Below, piece by piece: positions 41,047 to 50,136 of a stretch of 64,000 bases of DNA. The first letter of the stretch is position 1. Every line of letters begins with the position of its first letter. The translations under genes and the position numbers were made by a program. Source of the DNA: an uncultured virus (IMG/VR IMGVR_UViG_3300025098_000028) (taxonomy: Duplodnaviria; Heunggongvirae; Uroviricota; Caudoviricetes); IMG/VR virus record IMGVR_UViG_3300025098_000028. The stretch is one strand, 5' to 3'. The notes below the pieces were generated by a model. That model had not been told where the DNA came from and ran no database searches. It saw only the letters and a list, made by a program, of their open reading frames with translations.

Positions 41047-43409
41047 GTTGTTACTCTCCTTATTATTGGTGGACTCGCTGATGATAGTTTATCTAATACT
41101 TCCTTTACCATAGTATCTTTAAATTGTTCGGGATTTTCTATTAACTTTTGGACGGTTTGTTTGAAGCCTTCGACGATATCATCTCTTGCTCTATTTAGAA
41201 TTGAAGCCATATTGTCATTTAACTTTTCTGCTTCTTTCATGGCTTTATCGGGATTTTCCTGTATATTTGAGTCTATTATTTTGTAAGATTTTTTGACTTC
41301 ATCCCCTCTTATAGAGGCTATAACTCCTAAAAAGATTAAACTCCTTTCAGCACTAATGACATCCAAAGCACCCTTATCTCGATTGTAAGTTTTTACATGG
41401 TCAATTAGATTGTTTTCTTTAGCAAAATCTATTAAAAAAGCAGGGAAATTACCCTTTGAGTTTATTTGATTTCTAAGTTTTTGTGTAGATTCTTTTATAT
41501 CTCCACTAAGACCTTCCTTTAATTTTGCTTCTAACTCTTCTATTTTTTGTTTGAGTTTTTTCTCGGATTGAATTACCTTAGCCCTTCCTCCTTCTTTGGG
41601 TTTGGCTGTGCTTAATTTTCTTTCTTTTGGTTTCCCTTCTACTTGGGATAGTAGTTTTTTAGCCCTTTCTAATTCATCCTTTATTCTTTCTTCTATCATT
41701 TCAGTAGTGCCTGTTTCTACCTGTATTCCTTCATTTTCTTTGGCATCTTTAAAAGTAAATGGCATAAAATCATTCACTTCATTCCCTTCGTCGTCTTCTT
41801 CTTCAAAAGTAAATATTTTAGCACTATCGGCTCTATCTTTACCATCATACTCTTTTATTTTTGGAGAACCGTCAGGATTCCTAACAATATTCCCATCATT
41901 ATCTCTTTCTTCTGCTTCATATTTGGCAGGACTACTTCGGAAAAAATAATCTACTCTAACTTCATCTTCTTCATATCCTTGTTCTAATAAATATTTTTTA
42001 ATTGCTTCTGCTTCTTTAACAGTATAACTATTTTTTAGAAACTGATATGTTTCGTTTCTTACTATTTCCACTTTATCAGTTACTATTGCATCTGCCCTTT
42101 CACTATCGGTCAAAACTTTGTAGACTTTTCTTCTTAATTTATCAAATGGTAAATTTATATTCTCTATTGAACTTCTAAATATTCTAAGAGGAACATTATA
42201 GTCTTCGCTTTCTCGTTTTCCAGTATCGGGTAAAGTCCTAGTAATGTCTTCTACGATAAGCGTTTTTGCCTGTTTTTCGGACAGGCTTCCTTGTGTTCGT
42301 ATTTGGTCAAAAAATACATCAGCCCAATTTTGTTTTTGAAATACATTTTTCATAATTATTTCTGCATAGGGATTAAAATTAAAACTTTTTTTACTGCCTT
42401 TTTCTAAAAACAATAACTTAGGTAGTTTTACTATGCGGGATTTATCTTCTAATATTTCTTTAAATCTTACTGGTTTAAAACTAGTAACTACTCCTGCAAC
42501 TCTATCTATGATTCGCATATAATTTATGATTGAACTTGCTCCGAAGGGTTCTACTAATTCATATTTGACATTTTTAGCGGATAAAGTTACTGCTTCTATT
42601 ACTTTAGGGTCAATTTCCACAACTTTAGAGTCAATATTTAACATTAAACCATTTTTATCCTTAAATTTGTTATATAATTGTAGAGCAACTGCTTTTTCTT
42701 TTACCGCATCGTCATTATCTAAAATTTCAACTTTATTTTCCTTGTCTCGCTTGGTTTTAGGTTGCACAAGGAGCCTAAAATCAGTTAGAGTTTTGATATT
42801 TAGAAGAATTACATCTCCATCCACTCTAGCCGCATTAGTATTCGACTTTCCTCCTAGATTTTCTGCTAATTTTTTCATTTCTGCGTTGCTAGGTGGTGTT
42901 TGAGTAAAATAAATGTAAGATTTTTGAGTATCAAGGCGCAAATATTTCAATTTGGCGGCTATTTTTTTGTTTTTCTTTAGTGTGCTTACTCCCAAAGACC
43001 CAAATCTGTCAATTTTTTCTAAAATTTTAACAACTTCATCGTGTTTTCCTTCATTTTTTAGTTGAACTGCTTGGTCAAGCAACTTTTCTATCTCTACTTT
43101 TGGCAAAAAAGTTAAACTTTCCATTAATTCTGTTAAGTTTCTTTGTATTTCATCCATTGATAAGTCCATGTGGCCGGTATTCTTCCAAGTTTCTACAAAT
43201 TTTTCTAAAGGAAGTTGGCCAGTTCCAACCTGTCTAAGAGTATTCTTTATTGTTTCAAGCCCGCCTTCGGTGTCTGCGTCTCCGCTAGCCACGGCATCTT
43301 TTACTTGCTGTAAATATTTTTGAAATTGCGCCCTATTTACTAAATTATAGGCTATCATAGTTTTATTAGATTGCACTTTAGGCATCTTTAGAACTGCTTG
43401 CCACGACAA
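41043..43409 (-). CDS. Large tagged protein (MSWQAVLK)
   Basis: 788 aa; TTG start with GGTGA SD. Confidence 0.6.
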   Translation of the reverse strand: MSWQAVLKMPKVQSNKTMIAYNLVNRAQFQKYLQQVKDAVASGDADTEGGLETIKNTLRQVGTGQLPLEKFVETWKNTGHMDLSMDEIQRNLTELMESLTFLPKVEIEKLLDQAVQLKNEGKHDEVVKILEKIDRFGSLGVSTLKKNKKIAAKLKYLRLDTQKSYIYFTQTPPSNAEMKKLAENLGGKSNTNAARVDGDVILLNIKTLTDFRLLVQPKTKRDKENKVEILDNDDAVKEKAVALQLYNKFKDKNGLMLNIDSKVVEIDPKVIEAVTLSAKNVKYELVEPFGASSIINYMRIIDRVAGVVTSFKPVRFKEILEDKSRIVKLPKLLFLEKGSKKSFNFNPYAEIIMKNVFQKQNWADVFFDQIRTQGSLSEKQAKTLIVEDITRTLPDTGKRESEDYNVPLRIFRSSIENINLPFDKLRRKVYKVLTDSERADAIVTDKVEIVRNETYQFLKNSYTVKEAEAIKKYLLEQGYEEDEVRVDYFFRSSPAKYEAEERDNDGNIVRNPDGSPKIKEYDGKDRADSAKIFTFEEEDDEGNEVNDFMPFTFKDAKENEGIQVETGTTEMIEERIKDELERAKKLLSQVEGKPKERKLSTAKPKEGGRAKVIQSEKKLKQKIEELEAKLKEGLSGDIKESTQKLRNQINSKGNFPAFLIDFAKENNLIDHVKTYNRDKGALDVISAERSLIFLGVIASIRGDEVKKSYKIIDSNIQENPDKAMKEAEKLNDNMASILNRARDDIVEGFKQTVQKLIENPEQFKDTMVKEVLDKLSSASPPIIRRVTT

Positions 43410-43415
43410 TATAAA

Positions 43416-43655
43416 TCACCTGTATAAAATATATCCTGCGGCTCTCGCTAACAGCCTTAAAGTGTCATATTCATCACCATCGGGAAAATCTAATTCTTCC
43501 CATTGGTTAAATGTAAATCGAATTGCATCATAATATTTATTTTGTTTATTATTTTCTAGCCATTCACGAATCGTATTAGCATGTTCTTGTTTAACACTAA
43601 TATAATTACCCTCTTTATCTTTAGGGCGGTGTTTAATTATATTTAGCCAACTCAT
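43416..43655 (-). CDS. Tagged small protein (MSWLNIIK)
   Basis: ATGA overlap with the upstream stop. Confidence 0.6.
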   Translation of the reverse strand: MSWLNIIKHRPKDKEGNYISVKQEHANTIREWLENNKQNKYYDAIRFTFNQWEELDFPDGDEYDTLRLLARAAGYILYR

Positions 43656-44317
43656 TGTAACTTCTCCTGCATTCTTTGTTTGATGTCTAACCAAATCTCC
43701 GGATTATTCTGTGCTAATACTTCTTGAACTATTTGCATTTGGGCAACAATAATGGTATCTTGTCTCTTGTGAACCAATTTACCCTTAAACTCCATAAGAT
43801 ATTTTAGCGACTCTCTAATTTCTCTAGCAAGTTTTGTTAAAGCATCAATCATCTTTGGGTCTAAATCATTTCCTAAGTCGTTGAACACTTGCTCCAACCT
43901 AACATCTAATTTAGAAACATTGTTAGAAAGTAATTCAACTTCATTAACTTCTTTTCTTGCTATCATCATAGCGGCACTTTCTTGAACAATAGGCATTAAA
44001 TGGTGTTTCATGTGCCTTTGGATTTGTTGTTTAGTAGTATCTAATGCTTCTGCAACAGACTCACTTTCAATACTACCTTCACTAATTGCCTGTTCATAGT
44101 GTTTTCTCATTGGGTCTACGCACAATTTGCATTTTGGATTCGAACTCATTTTATATTCGCCCATGTGGTTTCTTTGGTGTTGTGCCGCAGTTCCACTTCT
44201 CCAACCATACTTCTCATCTAATTCATCACAAGTTATTTCTCCGGAGTCGAGCATTCGCTCTAATTCTGCCCTGTCTTCATGTTGGCACATGCCGCACCTT
44301 TTTCGGCTAATGGCCAA
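43652..44317 (-). CDS. Candidate terminase small subunit (two Zn/HTH repeats plus coiled oligomerisation region)
   Basis: CGMCQH..HQRNH and CKLC..RHMKHH repeats followed by amphipathic helices; untagged gene inside the tagged block. Confidence 0.5.
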   Translation of the reverse strand: MAISRKRCGMCQHEDRAELERMLDSGEITCDELDEKYGWRSGTAAQHQRNHMGEYKMSSNPKCKLCVDPMRKHYEQAISEGSIESESVAEALDTTKQQIQRHMKHHLMPIVQESAAMMIARKEVNEVELLSNNVSKLDVRLEQVFNDLGNDLDPKMIDALTKLAREIRESLKYLMEFKGKLVHKRQDTIIVAQMQIVQEVLAQNNPEIWLDIKQRMQEKLQ

Positions 44318-44318
44318 T

Positions 44319-45620
44319 TTATCTCCTCCAAAGATTCTGTTGCCAAAATTTAGAAATTACTTTAGTATCAGGCTTATACTTTGAATTTTTATCATCTACA
44401 CTATCGCCAAACTTTTCTCTTGCAGTTTTTCTATAATCAAAACCGCCCCTTCTAGTATTTTGCCACGCTCTAAAACCATTTGGTGCTTTCTTTTCTTTAC
44501 TCCCAAATTTTCTTTGAAGGGCTAAATCTACTAGACCTATAACCGGAGTAGCAGTAGAAGTTAATCTCATTCTGTTAAAATAAACTAGTATTCCGTCTTC
44601 TCCCGATTCTATTCCCGCTAAGCCCCTAACTAAGTTTTGGTCACGGTTTCCTAATGTTAAATCAGTAGCATTGAGGCCGCTTCTAACTTTATTTGTTAAT
44701 AGTCTACCACCTGCATTCCAAAGAGACTCATTGGTTACAACCTTGTCAAAATATTCTCTTACGGATTCTATTTTGTTCAATTCCGAAGCAGGAGTTCTAG
44801 GAGGAATATTATCTAACTTAATACCCACAGGGCCATCTCTTTCTAATTCTTCTTCTGCTTCTCTCATAATTTCTATGAGTCCTTTTGGCTTGGAAAATTT
44901 AGTATCTGTTTTAGAAAATAATGCCAAGTGTGGAGGATTTTCCCCCGCTAGCCAAGAAGGGTCTACTCCATTACCTTCACCTGCATAATTGTCAGTCTTA
45001 TAATGCCCTTGAACTTCTTTTTCTTCTATTACTTCACCTGTGTCGGGGTCTTTTATTTTATCAGTAAATAATATGAAAGCAGGGTCAAATGCTTCAGTAC
45101 CTCCTCCTGCATCCTTTCCTGTGTCTTTATATTTTTCTAATTCATTTGCGAATTCGGTAATTAGTTTTGCTTCTGCCTTGGTCAAGAATCTGTTTTCTTC
45201 CATTATCTCGTCAATCTTATCCAAAAATTCAATCGCACCTTGACCCGACCTTCCTTTGTTTCTACTACCGTCACGAATAATATCTTCTGTCTTTAGGTGC
45301 ATTTTAAGAAACTTATACAAATTACCTACATTTTTAGTTTCCAAATCCCCATCAGTAATGTTGGTGCAATTTGTTTTCCATTGTTGGTATTTACTAGGGA
45401 AAGAATAGTTTGGGGCATCTACAGGATTACCATTGATGTCTATTTCATCTTTCTTCTTTTCGTCTTTGTTGCCCTTCTTCTTTTCATTTTTTAGAAGGTC
45501 GTCTTTTTTCTTCTTTTTCTTTTTAGAATATGATGTATTAAACATAGCGGGAGAAGATGTAGTGGTAACAGCACCTGCCATTTTTTCTTCTTCATCTTTT
45601 AGAATATTTCTCCATGACAT
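44319..45620 (-). CDS. Tagged protein (MSWRNILK) with poly-Lys tract
   Basis: GGTGA SD; SKKKKKKKDD. Confidence 0.6.
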   Translation of the reverse strand: MSWRNILKDEEEKMAGAVTTTSSPAMFNTSYSKKKKKKKDDLLKNEKKKGNKDEKKKDEIDINGNPVDAPNYSFPSKYQQWKTNCTNITDGDLETKNVGNLYKFLKMHLKTEDIIRDGSRNKGRSGQGAIEFLDKIDEIMEENRFLTKAEAKLITEFANELEKYKDTGKDAGGGTEAFDPAFILFTDKIKDPDTGEVIEEKEVQGHYKTDNYAGEGNGVDPSWLAGENPPHLALFSKTDTKFSKPKGLIEIMREAEEELERDGPVGIKLDNIPPRTPASELNKIESVREYFDKVVTNESLWNAGGRLLTNKVRSGLNATDLTLGNRDQNLVRGLAGIESGEDGILVYFNRMRLTSTATPVIGLVDLALQRKFGSKEKKAPNGFRAWQNTRRGGFDYRKTAREKFGDSVDDKNSKYKPDTKVISKFWQQNLWRR

Positions 45621-45630
45621 TCTAATCACC

Positions 45631-45993
45631 TTAAATTCCTTCTCTACCGAAATAATATACTGTTTCTTCTAAAGCATCTTTCATGCTAGCGATTGGGTCT
45701 TTTCTAAATTCTTCAAAGGATTGCTCTTGTATTTGTCCTCGTAAGTTGTTAGTATATCCTAGAATATCCTTATCGTATTTACTAGAGGGTCGAATATTAT
45801 CTATGGCCTGATTAAAGGCTTCTTCATAGCCCATGTCTCGTTTCAACCGAATTACATCTTCAACAAAATTAAAAATTATATCTTCGTTCTCTATGAGAAA
45901 TTCTGTTCTCTCTACTTCTTCTCCGAACTCAAGATTATATCTCTTGATGGCATCTACATCATATCCTTTTCTCAACTGTTCCTTCCACGACAT
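45631..45993 (-). CDS. Tagged protein (MSWKEQLRK)
   Basis: GAGGTGA SD. Confidence 0.6.
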   Translation of the reverse strand: MSWKEQLRKGYDVDAIKRYNLEFGEEVERTEFLIENEDIIFNFVEDVIRLKRDMGYEEAFNQAIDNIRPSSKYDKDILGYTNNLRGQIQEQSFEEFRKDPIASMKDALEETVYYFGREGI

Positions 45994-45998
45994 TTTAA

Positions 45999-46196
45999 TC
46001 ACCTCTTAGTAAAAACACTTCTAGCAACGCTTCTACCCTTTTTCTTTGCCTGTAAAACCTTGAAGTCTTTTTCATCTATTTTGTTTTTTGGGGGGGCTTG
46101 TTCGGCTATTTTCTTTTGATTACCAAAAAGTTTCTTTTCGAATTCTTCTCTCTCCACATCGGTTTTTTCGGTTTTGAGAACTTTTTTCCATGACAT
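45999..46196 (-). CDS. Tagged small basic protein (MSWKKVLK)
   Basis: GGGGTGA SD; NQKKI..KIDEKDF motif. Confidence 0.6.
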   Translation of the reverse strand: MSWKKVLKTEKTDVEREEFEKKLFGNQKKIAEQAPPKNKIDEKDFKVLQAKKKGRSVARSVFTKR

Positions 46197-46241
46197 AGTT
46201 TTCACCCCTTATCTATCCGTTAATGCCCATATGTTATAGTT

Positions 46242-46490
46242 TTAACTGCCTTCTACTTTCTCCATTATAGTTACCAAAACAGTTCTTATTGCATCTGCCA
46301 ACATATAATGCTTTTTAGCAAGGTCTTCTAACCTTTCCATATCTAAATCTTTTTCACTAAAAAATTCTGCAATAGTTCTCTCTATATTTTTCAATGTTAT
46401 AATCTGTTGTCCTATAACATCTATGGCCATTTCATAATCTTTGAATTGTGTTCCAATTCTTTCATCTTTTAATATTGTTTTCCATGTCAT
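46242..46490 (-). CDS. Tagged small helical protein (MTWKTILK)
   Basis: Coupled ORF. Confidence 0.6.
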   Translation of the reverse strand: MTWKTILKDERIGTQFKDYEMAIDVIGQQIITLKNIERTIAEFFSEKDLDMERLEDLAKKHYMLADAIRTVLVTIMEKVEGS

Positions 46491-46499
46491 AGTATCATC

Positions 46500-47627
46500 T
46501 CATAGTGTTTCTAATAAATGCAAAAAATATCTAGAATAGGCTCTTGCATTTTCGGGAGTAGTTGTAAAATATTCTTCCTTAGCGTGAGTGGTTCCTTCCA
46601 AAGAAGACATTTTTCTATCTGCTTCTTGTCTCTTTTTTAAATACATATCAATGGCTTTTTTGATAGTCTCATCTTTCATTACCTCTATCATTCTGCCATA
46701 TTTTTTTACTTCGGAAGTATCTAATGTGTTTATTATTTCTCTAGCGAGGGCAACTGGCATACCTAAATCAACTACCTTTCTGCTTAGAATTCTTTTCTCA
46801 ACAGGTCGCCTTTTAAGAACAGTCTGCCAATCATTATTGGGTGAATCTCCCTTTTTTACATTTTTTGAGTTATAGAGACTTAATTCTAATTTTATACCTC
46901 TTCTAGCCTCTCTTGTTGAAAGGAAAGGAACAATTGACTCTAACTGTTTTATTATCGTATTTTTCATGTTCATTAACTCCGATTTAATTTTTGCATTTTG
47001 CTCGCTTGATAATTTTACTCTACTAACTAGAGGCTTTAGTATCTCATATTCTTCTTGACTCATACGCATTGGTTTATTATCATAATAAGAATTAAACTCG
47101 TTATATATCGTTGTTTTTAATTTTTTAATGTGAGACTCATCTGTTAAGTTTCCGCCTTTTAGCCCGATGTTATCTCTAAAGTCTCTTGACAACTTTAGAT
47201 ATTTTTCTACAAGAGGTGAAAGTGTTTCTTCAAATTTTTCTCTTGCTTCCTCTAAATCATCTAGATATTGTTCATGGTTTGTTTCTTTTAAGGTTTCTAT
47301 TCTTTCCCTTCTATTTTTTTCGTCATCCCGTGGGTAATGTAAATCTGCTATCCTGTTCTCTTCTCTATTGAATTTGCTATATTCATTCCATATTTCTCTA
47401 TCTATATCGTCCATCCCACCGGAAGGTGCGATAATTACTCTTTCCATTACTCTTTTATATGTATCAGTCATAGAGGCTTGAAGCCTTAACTGGTTTTGTT
47501 CTCTTTTGATTTCGCTATTATCTCTTATAGCAGGGGTAGACATCATAAATCTACTAGGGTCTACTCCGCCCTTTTTTCTTTTAGGGATTTTAATTTTCCT
47601 GTTTTTTATGATGTCTTCCCAACTCAT
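46500..47627 (-). CDS. Tagged helical protein (MSWEDIIK; internal DWQTVLK)
   Basis: 375-aa ORF. Confidence 0.6.
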   Translation of the reverse strand: MSWEDIIKNRKIKIPKRKKGGVDPSRFMMSTPAIRDNSEIKREQNQLRLQASMTDTYKRVMERVIIAPSGGMDDIDREIWNEYSKFNREENRIADLHYPRDDEKNRRERIETLKETNHEQYLDDLEEAREKFEETLSPLVEKYLKLSRDFRDNIGLKGGNLTDESHIKKLKTTIYNEFNSYYDNKPMRMSQEEYEILKPLVSRVKLSSEQNAKIKSELMNMKNTIIKQLESIVPFLSTREARRGIKLELSLYNSKNVKKGDSPNNDWQTVLKRRPVEKRILSRKVVDLGMPVALAREIINTLDTSEVKKYGRMIEVMKDETIKKAIDMYLKKRQEADRKMSSLEGTTHAKEEYFTTTPENARAYSRYFLHLLETL

Positions 47628-47731
47628 TTCTTACCACCTGTAACAAAACACTTCTTTGACTTTGACTCTTTCTTATCTACTTCCTTTGATTTTGCATCAA
47701 ACCACTTATCGAGATAATTGCACCTTGTCAT
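47624..47731 (-). CDS. 35-aa peptide MTRCNYLDKWFDAKSKEVDKKESKSKKCFVTGGKK
   Basis: Not in ORF track; fills the gap, has an AGGCGA SD and an ATGA overlap with the next gene. Confidence 0.55.
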   Translation of the reverse strand: MTRCNYLDKWFDAKSKEVDKKESKSKKCFVTGGKK

Positions 47732-47740
47732 ATTATTCGC

Positions 47741-48052
47741 CTACAAATTTTTTAGTTTATCGTATAGTTCGCCTATTAATTCATACGCTTCATCTAGCAA
47801 AGTTTCATTATCTAAACGGTCAATTAGTGGCATGCAATCTCCTAAAGCATCCTTTGCATTATTCTGCAAAAAAGTAATAGTCGGGTTTCTTACCCTACCT
47901 ACTTCCCGTTTCTTATTTACCTTATCTTCGAATTGAGGAATAAGAGGATATTCTTTTGACGGCAATCCTTGTTTGATTCTCTCCCTTGCTCTCTTTACAT
48001 CTGCCGGTAAATCTTCTTCTTCTTCTTCTTTAATTATTTTTTTCCAACTCAT
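47741..48052 (-). CDS. Tagged protein (MSWKKIIK)
   Basis: GGAGG SD. Confidence 0.6.
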   Translation of the reverse strand: MSWKKIIKEEEEEDLPADVKRARERIKQGLPSKEYPLIPQFEDKVNKKREVGRVRNPTITFLQNNAKDALGDCMPLIDRLDNETLLDEAYELIGELYDKLKNL

Positions 48053-48055
48053 AAT

Positions 48056-48502
48056 TTAATCCTCCTTTTCGGAATTTCTATCTAAAAAGGTAGAATAATC
48101 CATAACTACCTTTTTGAAGCCATTGGCATGAACTAGCCAATGTTGATTATTGTCTTTGTCAAAAAATATATCTAAAACCGATGAAGAACGAAGTGGTTTA
48201 GAAACTTCTAGTTTCATGTTCCAACCATCATTTTCTCCCGCAAATTCTTTAGCCCATTCTTCATCCACATTATTGGTTAATCTAAATAATGATTCGGGGC
48301 CAACTTCCTTTCCATCAAATTGAACGCTAGCAACATGCTCGTAATATTTATCAAATAATTCAGGAGTTATATCTAGAGGGGTTTGACCATACCCATTAAC
48401 CATCAAAAGTTCCTTCCGTATGTTTTCGGGAACATCGTCTCTAAAGAAATAAACTTCCCAATCTTTACCATTAGATAATTTTAAAATATCTTTCCATGTC
48501 AT
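48056..48502 (-). CDS. Tagged protein (MTWKDILK)
   Basis: Start inside a conserved junction repeat; LRSSSVLDI resembles YodL-like RS.S.GD. Confidence 0.6.
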   Translation of the reverse strand: MTWKDILKLSNGKDWEVYFFRDDVPENIRKELLMVNGYGQTPLDITPELFDKYYEHVASVQFDGKEVGPESLFRLTNNVDEEWAKEFAGENDGWNMKLEVSKPLRSSSVLDIFFDKDNNQHWLVHANGFKKVVMDYSTFLDRNSEKED

Positions 48503-48511
48503 ATTACTCAC

Positions 48512-48835
48512 CTAATACCCATACCTAAATGTATTTTCGGGAAACATCTCACTACTCGTAGGTTCTGTCGGAGTTTTGCTAAAATCAATATCATAAAGTT
48601 CTCCATAGAAATAATCCCAAACATTATCATAATCCGATTTTTCCTTTAGGAACTTATTTAATTTATCTCTAGGTAATTGACTCACGGTATAATCAGGGTT
48701 TTCAATAATGTTATTCATTACATCTACATCGTCTTGACTAAACATATAATCATCGTCGGGGTAATCAAACTTTGAAAAATATTCAATAAGACCTTCTCTA
48801 GTTAATTCTGCTTTTAGCACATCTTTCCATGTCAT
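48512..48835 (-). CDS. Tagged acidic protein (MTWKDVLK)
   Basis: Start inside a junction repeat. Confidence 0.6.
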   Translation of the reverse strand: MTWKDVLKAELTREGLIEYFSKFDYPDDDYMFSQDDVDVMNNIIENPDYTVSQLPRDKLNKFLKEKSDYDNVWDYFYGELYDIDFSKTPTEPTSSEMFPENTFRYGY

Positions 48836-48844
48836 ATTATTCAC

Positions 48845-49234
48845 CTAATCATCTCTTGAAGCAAAATCAGCCGACCTTTCTCTTCTTTCGGCTATTCTCC
48901 TTTCTGCTTCTGCTTCTTCTCTAGCCTCTCCCTCTACATCGGAAGAATACAATTCAAATTCTTCTTTTAAAATTTCATTAATATCCTTATCAAAATCGTC
49001 TATCATTTTTTGAACGGAATCTCTTATTTCATCATGTAATTCTACTGCCAAAAGAGTCGCCTTTTGTCTACCGTCAAATTCTTTAAGTCCTAGTTGAAAA
49101 TATTTAACTACTTCTGTCATGTTTTTATTTACACTTTCGAAAATCTCATCCCTAAGTTTTAACAAATCATCACTATGATTAGACCCCATCATATCGAGTC
49201 TTTTCTTTTCTTTTAATATGTCGTGCCATGTCAT
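48845..49234 (-). CDS. Tagged acidic protein (MTWHDILK)
   Basis: Start inside a junction repeat. Confidence 0.6.
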   Translation of the reverse strand: MTWHDILKEKKRLDMMGSNHSDDLLKLRDEIFESVNKNMTEVVKYFQLGLKEFDGRQKATLLAVELHDEIRDSVQKMIDDFDKDINEILKEEFELYSSDVEGEAREEAEAERRIAERRERSADFASRDD

Positions 49235-49243
49235 ATTATCCAC

Positions 49244-49513
49244 CTAATAATCACCCTCAAATTCAGCCCTACTTTGAGCGTCATCATCTATTCTCATTTG
49301 TTGCATTTTGCGTATTTCATCAGCAAGAACTTCCATAGCCATATATTCGGGGTCAATATAGGATTTTAGTCTCTCACTCTCAGATTTAGCGTTTTTAATA
49401 CATTCAGGTCTTTTAGCCAAGTCTAATATTGCATCCTCTATTACATCTAAAGATTCATTCCTAAGTGAACGGTTAATATTTAGTGCTTTCTTTATCTCTT
49501 CTTTCCATGTCAT
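49244..49513 (-). CDS. Tagged acidic protein (MTWKEEIKK)
   Basis: Start inside a junction repeat. Confidence 0.6.
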   Translation of the reverse strand: MTWKEEIKKALNINRSLRNESLDVIEDAILDLAKRPECIKNAKSESERLKSYIDPEYMAMEVLADEIRKMQQMRIDDDAQSRAEFEGDY

Positions 49514-49523
49514 ATTATTCACC

Positions 49524-49922
49524 TTAAACATCATACATTCCTTGAATGGCCGCTTTCAATTCTTCAACTGTTAAATTATCAATGTTTGATTCTATTATTC
49601 CACTATATCCATCATTAGCGGTAAAATCTGCAAGTGCTATATCTTTCCCACTTGGGGTAGAAAACTCTATTCTGTAATGTGCTAAATCAGCATCAAACAA
49701 ATCCCCTTGTTCTAAATCATCGGATTCTCCTTCATCATCTGCTAGGCTTCTATCAAATGTAATGTCTAAGTTTAAACCATCTGCTGAATTGAAACCGCCT
49801 GTTTCCATTTGTTCAAAATCATATTGCATTTTGCCTCTTCCCCAATCTTCTATTAGTTCATCTAATTTAATCTGCAACTCTTCTTTTTCATCATCTTTTT
49901 TTAGTATATTTTTCCATGTCAT
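49524..49922 (-). CDS. Tagged very acidic protein (MTWKNILK)
   Basis: Start inside a junction repeat. Confidence 0.6.
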   Translation of the reverse strand: MTWKNILKKDDEKEELQIKLDELIEDWGRGKMQYDFEQMETGGFNSADGLNLDITFDRSLADDEGESDDLEQGDLFDADLAHYRIEFSTPSGKDIALADFTANDGYSGIIESNIDNLTVEELKAAIQGMYDV

Positions 49923-49926
49923 ATTA

Positions 49927-50136
49927 TCACCTAAACCGATTAACTAACTCTTGAACTTCTTTGAGTAATACAGGTTTTAACTTTTTATCTACTAAGGTAT
50001 CAAGAAAATCCATATCTCTATTTTCTGTCATAGTATCATCATCAAATAATTTAGAATACATTGTGTCTATCATAGCAGATACAGTTTCCTGTAATCCTGC
50101 TTCTGTTCTAATTTTCAATATATTCTCCCATGTCAT
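49927..50136 (-). CDS. Tagged small protein (MTWENILK); first gene of the late block
   Basis: Start inside a junction repeat. Confidence 0.6.
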   Translation of the reverse strand: MTWENILKIRTEAGLQETVSAMIDTMYSKLFDDDTMTENRDMDFLDTLVDKKLKPVLLKEVQELVNRFR

